Assembly: GCF_000143415.4 (NCBI RefSeq)
Contig: NW_003314516.1
Coordinates: 1-18,545, forward strand
Direction: 5' to 3'
DNA: 18,545 nucleotides
Source: Selaginella moellendorffii
Lineage: Eukaryota; Plantae; Lycopodiophyta
The notes under the pieces were generated by a model that was given only the letters and a program-made list of their open reading frames with translations, did no database searches and was not told the DNA's origin. This document shows positions 10,226 through 18,545 of this stretch, in pieces. A program made the position numbers and the translations under genes. Positions within the stretch are counted from its first letter, which is position 1. Each line of letters opens with the position of its first letter.

Positions 10226-11874
10226 TCTACATATTTATATTAAACGAGAAAAGTAAGGTATAATATATTGTACACTTATTGTAATGTGCTGGTTAATGCA
10301 ACCATGAAGTATTCACACTTTATTTATTATAATGAGTTTTACAAGATGACAAATACATATAAAAAATACTAAATAGAAAATTTAAATATTATAACAAATT
10401 AGACATTAGAGATTAAATATTTTTAGTTAAAAAAAATAGTGGAGTATTTAAAGTAAACAATAAAACAAATGAGTGCTAATTTCATGAAATATAAATTAAA
10501 AATTATATTTTAAACTAATTTATTTATGTTATTCAGAGAGATGGTTGATGATATAAATATCCAAAACATGCACATACTTAAGGAAGTATTAAAAATGGTA
10601 TTAGTTTTTTAGGATACTTATAAGTACAATTAATTTTCTACAATTGATTTTTAGACTTCTAGATTTCTACAACATTTATATTAATATGTATATTACATGT
10701 TAATATAATATGTATATAACATGTTAAAACTATTATCTCTATAATTTGTTTTTAAAAACAGTTGCTATATTTATGATATGTTTTAATAATATGTTTTAAT
10801 AAATTTAAAAATATTATAAAATATCATTCCTTTTTTTGTTTACATAGCAATATGAGGTCTAATTTTATATATTTTATTTTATTTTATTTTAAATTTAAGT
10901 ATCAATAATATAATATTTAATAGAAGAAAATAAAGATGTATTGAGAATAATGTGCAATAGTAACATTTTACTCACAAAAGATAAGCTTAATAGTCCAATA
11001 TTTTTTTCTAATTTCAAAATAAAAAATATAAATATAAATATTAAAATTATTTAATATGACATTAATTAATGGATCCTATACAAAAAATAATTATTTTAAT
11101 ATGTAAATATTAATATTATCTACATGTTTATATTTAAAACATTAATATTTTTATATAATATATTAATCTGTTATCATGTTCTCCTTTATATAATTGCTGA
11201 ATAATAAGTAGTGTTGAATCATTCAATAGTAATGTTTTTATAAATTGGAATGTATAGTTTTATTATAAAGCATTAGTAGAGATTTGTCTTAATACAATTG
11301 TATCTCTAATATAATTATTATCTTTGGATGTACCTCTTTTCAAACACCTCTTATGTAGTGTGAGTATCTAGATAGATTTACTTATGTTTATTTGTAAATA
11401 TAAATCGAGACACATAATAGAAATTCTCTTGTTCTTTATTAGACTATGAAAGTTAAAGGCAGCATTATAGTTCAGATAAAAATAAATAAAGCTCAGCATG
11501 TAATCAAGAAAATAGTTTCCCCAAACCTATTTTTTTGCCAGTATATAATTCTTTGGTTTTGTGAAAACTCAATTGGTTTTAGATCATGGCATCAATCTTG
11601 TAGACGTTTTTAGGGTTTTGTATCATTTTATAAAGACAATAAAAAAATTCAAATTTAAATTTAATGATGATTAAAAAGTTATCTTATCTTTTCCAAAACT
11701 TGCATTTTTTATCTATTTCCATTATTGTGCATTTCTTTAGAGGTAAAGAGTTGCAAAATTAAGATAAATTTAACTTTGTATACAATCAAAATTTCTAACA
11801 TTGTAAGATTAGAAAAAAAGATGTATTTATCTTAGGTATACTATATCTCCCAGCGGAGCTGGGGTCTTTGCTAG
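10226..11874 (+). mobile_element. Candidate short (~1.65 kb) AT-rich non-autonomous Helitron forming the 3' end of unit A
   Basis: A|TCTACATATTTATATTAAACGAGAAAAGTAAGGTATAATA at 10225/10226 is a canonical A|TC start resembling the leader start (TATATTTAAACGAAAGAGCC.GTATAATA). It ends hairpin + CTAG|T. Confidence 0.5.
11849..11874 (+). terminator. Helitron 3' terminal signal (GC hairpin + CTRR), copy 2
   Basis: CCCAGC-GGA-GCTGGG (11849-11863), 7-nt spacer, CTAG (11871-11874), then T. Confidence 0.85.
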
Positions 11875-11877
11875 TAC

Positions 11878-12411
11878 TCATATATTTAAACGAAAGAGCC
11901 GGTATAATAATAGCATATGCTGGCGTCACTTATTCTGGGCATATGCCAAAATCTAACGGCTGAGATTAAACAATGGGGAGTCGTGACTTTTGGGATCATA
12001 AAAACTTTTAATTGTCTTTTAGGGCGCGTGAGCACAAGGAGAGAGCGTTGATCATCGCTTGTGGGAAGGTACTCTCTCTCTCTCTCTCTCTCTGTCTCTG
12101 TGTGTGTGTGTGTTTGATGCGGTCTTCATTGCAGAGCACCTCAGAGCTACAGTCAGCTGTACGTGAAGATCTGAAGCTGCTACCGATTGAAAAGCTCAGG
12201 AAACCGTTGTCAATGGCCATGCGCCGGAAAAATGACAGTCTTTTTTTGAGACTCTCAAGCCCCTATTTGTTCCAGGTTCTTGAGGCTGGAACCACGACTA
12301 GAATCAAGGTTTTTCACTCTCTTGCTTTTTGCTATTCTCTTTCGAGGCTTAAAGTTCCTGTTTGTGCCAGGTGCTCGAGGCTGTAACCAAGAGAAAAAAA
12401 AGAAATTTTCG
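11878..12411 (+). repeat. Conserved Helitron 5' leader, copy 2
   Basis: Matches 757-1108 and then 1848-2007, lacking about 1109-1847. Confidence 0.95.
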
Positions 12412-12450
12412 TCCCTGTACTTCTCCTCGGGACAGCCACAGCTCCACGGC

Positions 12451-13366
12451 TCCATGGCTATTGGCCCCATGCATTTCACAGTCATCTCTACAGAACATGA
12501 CTGGAGCTCGACCAGCGAACAAGTATGCATTCTTATTCTTTTCATCTTTCCTTCAACGAAACCTTCTTCTACAGTACGCTTGGATGAAATCTGACCTTGA
12601 ATCTGTCGGCAGATTCAGTACACCATGGATAGTTTTCACAGGGTAACTGTTTTTATTCACATTTTCATTCTGTAAACTCATGTGTGCTATTTTTCTTTCA
12701 GTCATCGACCTATGTACTCCACTCAACTGCGGGGGATTTATTTCTAAACTTTACCAGGTGTGGATCCGAAATTTGTAGCAGCTGTGGAACCATTGCTCTT
12801 GAGAAACAAGGTAAAACACGAGCTCTTCAAAGGGAAAACTAGAATGAAACTGTCTTTTTTCTTTTTTCTTTTTTTTTTTTGCACAGGTTGATTTAGCAGT
12901 GTGGGGGCATGTTCACAATTACCTGCGAACTTGTGCTGTGTTTCAGGGCGCTGCCTGCAGCACCCGATCAAGGATTTAGCAGGCGTCGATTTCTTTGACA
13001 CTACAATTTACTCAGCTCCAGTTCACACCGTGGTTGGCATGGCTGAATTCACCTTGGATGACTTCCCTCATAATGTAAGCTTGCAGCTTTGTTTCCTATA
13101 TTCAAGCTCTTTATATGGTATTGATATTCTACCTTTTCTATTTTTTTTGTCGACAGTTTAGTTCATGGAGCTTGATTCGAAGGTCGGCATTTGGATATGC
13201 AAGAGTGACAGCTGATAAGACAAAGCTACTGTTTGAGGTAGATGAATTGCGTTCTTGGTTCTTGCATGTTACTTATTTATTTTTCATTCCAGTACATTAC
13301 AACGGACGGACAGTAGCTGACCGATTTAAAATTGCCAAGCTAGATTGGGGATTTTCCAGGCCATGA
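12451..13366 (+). pseudogene. Purple acid phosphatase / nucleotide pyrophosphatase-phosphodiesterase type, 3' half only
   Basis: Exons 12451-12522, 12575-12642, 12702-12810, 12887-13074, 13157-13237, 13293-13366: SMAIGPMHFTVISTEHDWSSTSEQ|YAWMKSDLESVGRFSTPWIVFTG|HRPMYS..*..VEPLLLRNK|VDLAVWGHVHNYLRTCAV...APVHTVVGMA|FSSWSLIRRSAFGYARV. Metal-ligand motif GHVH is present. TAA at 12745-12747 and frameshifts. Confidence 0.92.
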
Positions 13367-13416
13367 ACGATTTCAAGCTTTACAAGTTCAATAGTTGGCT
13401 TGTAGAGCTTGCTGAT

Positions 13417-14198
13417 TTACTTGACACTGCCAAGAGCTCTTGCTTTGCTGCACAGCACCTGTTTTTGGATCTTGCCAGTCGCAGTTTTGTCCAAGGCTGT
13501 GAGAATGACGATGCTCTTTGGCACCATGAACTTCGGTAAATGCTGTCGATACAACAAGAGTATCTCCTCGTTGCTTCTCACGCCGTGCTTGAGGGACACA
13601 AACGCACATGGAGACTCACGCTGTGCTTGAGGGACACAAACGCACATGGACCACTGCTCATCTGGCTGCGCCACCACAGCAGCTTCCAACACTGCTGGAT
13701 GCCTGGATGAAAAAGAAGCAAACTTTAACAAGAAACAAAGAAGGAAAAACTCTCCTTTTACCTGTACAAGATGCTCTCCACTTCCAGGTTGCTAATGTTC
13801 TCCCCTCCAGAAATGATAATATCCTTGGCTCGATCCTTGATCTTGATGTATCCATTGGGATGCCAAACTGCCAAGTCCCCAGAGTCTGGATTGTTCAAGT
13901 ATCCCTTGAACACCATGTTCCCACGTATGCAAACTTCGCCAATGGTGACACCGTCCTTGGCAACCGGTTCTAGAGTTTCATCTCTGATAATGTATTTGTC
14001 TTATTTGTTTGGTTCTTCGTCACTCCTTACTCGCTCGCTGCTTCTGCTAAATTTTTTTGCTTGCTAGCTCGGAGTTGAGCACCTGTAAGCCATCGAGGCA
14101 AACGTATTTCACGCCCTGCCGAGCCTTGAGCCTGGCCTGCTCATCGGGCAAAAGGCTGTCCCATTCGGGATTCCACTCGCACACAGTGCATGGACCAC
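13417..14198 (-). pseudogene. Acyl-activating enzyme (AAE7/ACN1-like short-chain acyl-CoA ligase), 3' part only
   Basis: GPCTVCEWNPEWDSLLPDEQARLKARQGVKY...[73 protein letters not shown]|HPAVLEAAVVAQPDEQW..ESPCAFVSLK...KTATGKIQKQVL. Intron 13703-13761. The GWFH segment before SGD is deleted, with insertions at about 13615-13650 and 13980-14070. Confidence 0.92.
13577..13650. repeat. 36-bp local duplication inside the AAE fragment
   Basis: 13577-13612 and 13615-13650, one mismatch. Confidence 0.9.
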
Positions 14199-14499
14199 AG
14201 TGCATGAAAGAGTGGGAAGAGGCTAGCTGCCTATTTTTCTTTCTATGCACTTCCTTTATGGTTATCTCCAGTTTATTTTTGAGTAGGTGGTATCTGTGGC
14301 TATATATATTTGAATGTGGAGTCATGCTAGAGAAATGCGAAACAACATGATGACTTGAGTTCCAACCCAGGCCCAGTGCATCTCCTCTTTTTATTGACCC
14401 ACCACAATGATGAGCATCTATTATGCTAGGAAGAAAACGTAAGCTTTTAGTTAATAGCTTATAGTGCCACAATTTCGTCTGTCTGTACCAACTATCAGC

Positions 14500-14790
14500 A
14501 TTGCAAACTTTGTGGAGTCATGTAGAGGCCGAGACTCTGTAGGTTCTGTTGAAGGTGTTGTAGTGAGTATCAATGATATAGGCTACAACAGTGGTCAACT
14601 CACAATAACAGATAACATCAACGAGTCTGATATGATATAGTAAGTTCAATATAGCATGTGGATCCCTGACAATAATCTATATGATGGCAGCTCAAATTCC
14701 ATGGCAACATAATGGAATTATTCAAAGAGTTGATGAATGAATGTTTTTCTGGAACTCCACCAACAAGATGTTTCATTAATTTACAAGGAG
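14500..14790 (+). pseudogene. Possible degenerate RPA-like OB-fold fragment
   Basis: IANFVESCRGRDSVGSVEGVVVSINDIGYNSGQLTITD... and ECFSGTPPTRCFINL resemble the GvVvsi / ltitD / lSgT.aTr..in motifs of plant RPA-like OB folds. Short and degraded. Confidence 0.35.
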
Positions 14791-14875
14791 ACGGTTATTT
14801 CAAGAGAGCAAATGTCACAGGCATGAGCATTGTTTCATGTATAATAGATGATGCCAAAATAATTCCTTGACTCTG

Positions 14876-14990
14876 TTTTTCGGAATATTGCAAGGGAATG
14901 CAATATTCTATGTATACAATGTACAATGTATACAATGCACTATGCTCCCAGCGTAGCTGGGACTTTTTCGGAATATTGCAAGGGAATGCA
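14876..14990. repeat. 27-bp direct repeat enclosing two hairpins, one resembling the Helitron terminal hairpin
   Basis: TTTTTCGGAATATTGCAAGGGAATGCA at 14876-14902 and 14964-14990 (exact). Stem GAATATTGCA/TGCAATATTC at 14883-14908. TCCCAGC-GTA-GCTGGGA at 14946-14962. Confidence 0.9.
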
Positions 14991-15179
14991 CAGGGGTAAG
15001 TGCGAAAGGAAATGAAACAAGCCCATATTAAATACACGTTGTTTTGTAGATACCTGGATACTTTGAAGTAGATAAGCTCTGTCCAGTTTTTATACACACA
15101 GTTTGTTCATTATGCTGCGGATCAAGATTGCAACAAACTTCTAAAGATGAAGCAATATGTAAAATATGTAAATATGCAG

Positions 15180-15970
15180 GACCTATAAAGGAACACATCA
15201 CGCTAAAGGGCCAGCTTCACCTTGGACAAGACACGTTCCAAGTAGCTATACCTTCGCATTTTGTTGATCAACTGTATGGAACAAAGGAACTTTGACATTC
15301 CTTAAAAAAAATAAACCTTTGCCTTTACATCTGTGCCTTTACTCTTTGATTTCTGATGTTGAAGCATCTGAAGCTTTTATGCAGAAATTGTTAGAGTCTA
15401 GAACAATGCACTGGATCTTTGCAGGGGAACATTTGAAAGAACCCAGCACTTGAGGTGATATGCTCATTAAAGTTTGTGATTTGTTTATCTTTTTTTAGGC
15501 ACTTCAAGCATTGACTTACATGGGAACTTTCATTGATGGGGGCAACGATTCCATTGAATATATTCCTAACCTTTCAACATCAGAAGGTTTGTAAATCAGC
15601 TGTTTACAAACATTCCTAATTCTCCCACTAATGTATTACATACCTGGAAAGAGATGTGTATAATTGCATTGCATGGATCACACTGCTTCATATACTCCAA
15701 TCAAATATACAGGCCTGCTGTGTGTGGATTGTTGAGGCACGTTCGTGAAAAAAACTCATGGATTATGACATACTCTACTTGCGCAGATAACTACAACTTA
15801 ATGTTCTGCTCAGCAAGCAGCCAGAAGAATATCTGGTCTGTCTCTAGAGATTGCAAAGTTGTGTAATGGTCCAAGATGACAGAACTGAAGCCAAAGTGAT
15901 AGATGTTTACAATATCAATGTGCCTTTCATTGGTGATCCAATGAACACTAGAGTGCATATCCTTCAAGGT
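15180..15970 (+). pseudogene. Unidentified decayed exon remnants
   Basis: Blocks bounded by plausible AG/GT sites, such as GPIKEHITLKGQLHLGQDTFQVAIPSHFVDQLYG (from 15180) and ALQALTYMGTFIDGGNDSIEYIPNLSTSE (about 15499-15586). No family recognised. Confidence 0.3.
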
Positions 15971-16383
15971 TAATGTAATTACAGAATATGTATTTAAAAA
16001 TCATGATATAGAAAAGGCTGAACTTCTTCTTACAATCAAGTAAGCTTTCCCACACTTTCATATTCAAAACCTTTAACATAACCACCTATGAAATCTCATG
16101 CTTGAATATTTCTTTGTTAATATAAAGAAACAATATAAACGAAAAGCCAAGAACTGAAATATATATGACACTCCCAGATTTGTCTTCTGATATTTCTTTT
16201 ATAAAAAATAAACACAAATGTAAAGCACTACGACTACTAATGTTAGTTTTGTCTAAATACATTACAAATTAGTTATTTAGTTACAAATTGTTTGTAACTA
16301 ATTACATTATGTATGTATGTATATAACATTTTTAATTTTTTTTCTCTGTTTCATGTTAAGGGACAGAGTTCTAAGAAGCTGAG

Positions 16384-17609
16384 ATGCCATATAAGAACAT
16401 CAGGGGCCACTGCTACCGATGGTCTTTTCATGCCAAGGTGAGACACAAAGGGAAACTTGTATTCTTTGAAACAGGCACAGCTGGGTGTGTTATGTCAGTT
16501 GCTGTTGCCGATGCATAAAGTTCCAAAATACATATTGTTGGGTTTGGCATGAATGCAAAGCATCTTTCATGATATTGAGCAAGGCAGTGTCTATATATTT
16601 TCAGGGAACAGTGGTATACAACACTCTAAACCAGCATATACACCATATAAATCAAATTGGGAGATAAAAGCAGCAAGACTATGGAGATCAAGTGTGTAGA
16701 GGACGATCTACGTATTCCAAATGTTGTTCTTAATAGAATGAGTGTTTTAGATGCTTCTAAGCTCGGCCAAGAGACATTTATAGACGTGATTGGTGGTGTA
16801 ATGTGGAATAGACAAACATTTCTCCTAAGGATTCTGGAGCATTCATGAGAAGGAGGATGCTTTCTTTGAGTGATGAATCAGGCCACAGTATAGACATGTG
16901 TCTGTGGGATTCAAAGGCCGAAGATGAAGGTTCAGAAATCGAGGAGAAACCTGGACGAGGGCAGAAGCCTACTGTATGCCTGAAGGGCAGCCGGATTTCA
17001 GATTACAATGGCAAGTCTATTTCAGTCACAGGTGGCTCTACCCTTTTAGTTGATCCTGAATTAGAAGATGTCTCATGGCTGTGTGAATGGATGGTTGCTA
17101 GCTACAACACAACCATATTTGTCCATGTGACCAACTCTTCTTCTAAAGCAGTGATTTCTGGTACAAAGACAGTATCTGAGATGTTGTCTATCAACCTGAA
17201 GGTTTCCAAGTTCTCTGCTATTTTTCATGTTATTGTGTAAGTGAAAGAATTCCAGACTGGTGACTTCTATTACCCAGCATGCGTGAAGGTTGTCAATGGA
17301 AGCCAATGTGGCAAGAAGGTTACTCAGGTTTCGGAAAGTATGTGGCAATGCACTTGTGACACTGATTCTGGAGATATTCACTTCAAATATGCACTACACT
17401 TGTGTATTCTGGACAGCACTGGACATATATAGGCGGTTGCATTTGATGATGCTAATGAAATTGTAGATATGCCTGCATGTAAGCTGGCTGCGCTACAAGA
17501 TGATGATTATACTGTTTTTTCAACCGTAATGGACTCTATTTGATCAAAGATGTACAATCTGAAGATTCGTTGCAAGCTCGAGAGCTACAGAGATACCAAA
17601 AAATTATAG
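16384..17609 (+). pseudogene. RPA1: Replication protein A 70-kDa subunit-like (OB folds DBD-A, DBD-B, DBD-C with zinc finger), intronless, Helitron-associated
   Basis: MPYKNIRGHCYRWSFHAKVRHKG (DBD-A), FIDVIGGV...RRMLSLSDESGHSIDMCLWD...RISDYNGKSIS...LLVDPE (DBD-B), FYYPACVKVVNGSQCGKKV...WQCTCD...YALHLCILDSTG (DBD-C). Stops at 16516-16518, 17238-17240, 17430-17432 and 17541-17543, plus frameshifts. Confidence 0.92.
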
Positions 17610-18545
17610 TTGGTTTTGACACTTAAAAGAAAAAATGTGTGAGAAAACAAAAAGTATGTTTTATTTCTTTCTACTATTGTTTTATAATTTGTTGTGTGTG
17701 TATCAAGTTTCTAAGTATAAGCCAAGCTGGAGCTTTCAAAACTAATGTTGTGTAGAAGTTGATGAATGATTAAAACAATTTGTAATAATGTAATTAGTTA
17801 AAAACTGTTTAAATTAACTAAGTATTGGCAAACATTGCTACATAATAGATTTAATAAATAAATTTTTTGTTACATATAAATATGTGAATTAATAAATAAT
17901 TTTAAATATTAAAATATAATATTATCACTAATGTATAATTTTAATACAGTATTATATTATTATCACTAAAATTATCAATAATTTAATATAAATATTATAA
18001 TATGCATCTAGCTTAATAATATAATTTCAATTTTAGTACATAGACTAATTTTTTATTTCTAAAACTGAGTCTATGATATAGATCATACTAAATATGGTAG
18101 GTCATATAGAGTAGAATACAAAATAATAATCACTACCACTGCCACTATGAGCATCTATATACATATATGATCTTTTAAAGCTTTAGCTTCTTCCTCTCAC
18201 AAAATATTAAGTTTCTGGATTTTCACTCATACAACCATTTGTATTGAACCCATCCCTTAAGAGTGGGATCTCATAATGAGTAATTCCACTTATAGAAGAT
18301 CAAAGATACAATGTTATGAGTTTTATTTATTATGTAATGATGTGTGTTGCTGATAGAGTCAATTGTAGAAGGGATTTTTAATATAAATATTATATTATGT
18401 TTAACCATATATCTTATAATTATTATTATGTTAAAATTATAATTATGATTATAAATCTTGTGTAAAATAATTTTTTATCCAGTAATCTTATTGTTATTTT
18501 AAAAAAACATAAATAAAATTAAATATATTGAGTTGTCAAATGGCT

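Larger units (their letters stand above)
753..11874 (+). mobile_element. Composite non-autonomous Helitron unit A with captured gene fragments (spans an assembly gap)
   Basis: Begins right after a CTAG end with TACT-TC-TTTATATTTAAACG (TC at 757) and ends in hairpin + CTAG at 11849-11874. The interior is a mosaic of unrelated truncated intron-containing gene pieces. Continuity across the N gap is not proven. Confidence 0.65.
11875..18545 (+). mobile_element. Helitron unit B with captured gene fragments and RPA70 pseudogene (3' end not seen in window)
   Basis: Same leader as unit A (TC at 11878), followed by PAP, AAE, OB-fold and RPA70 remnants, then AT-rich DNA. Confidence 0.65.

Noticed and set aside
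18252-18269. ATCCC...GGGAT hairpin as 3' end of unit B
   Set aside because: Only a 5-bp stem, unlike the family hairpin, with no CTRR at the expected distance.
1-18545. Rep/Helicase (HUH endonuclease + PIF1) gene
   Set aside because: No HUH or helicase motifs noticed in the ORF track or manual translations; a highly decayed copy or one inside the gap cannot be excluded.

Overview
Eukaryotic, land-plant DNA. The many very short (about 50-80 nt) GT-AG introns suggest a compact lycophyte genome such as Selaginella; this is an inference. The window is best read as a head-to-tail array of gene-capturing Helitrons. The same junction occurs twice, 11,122 bp apart (727-760 and 11849-11880): a canonical Helitron 3' end (CCCAGC-GGA-GCTGGG hairpin, 7 nt, CTAG|T) followed at once by a TC-initiated, ~97%-identical 5' leader carrying promoter-like motifs, a CT/GT microsatellite and small spliced exons. 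Each leader is followed by different intron-retaining, decayed host-gene fragments in mixed orientation. Unit A carries HEN1 (antisense), a DNAJC16/At1g18700-like DnaJ-thioredoxin gene, a glutathionyl-hydroquinone reductase and unidentified exons. Unit B carries a purple acid phosphatase, an AAE7-like acyl-activating enzyme, an OB-fold remnant and an intronless RPA70 pseudogene of the kind plant Helitrons encode. I saw no intact host gene and no Rep/Helicase. A 100-N gap lies at 8387-8486. Protein identities come from manual translation and recalled family motifs, not database searches.
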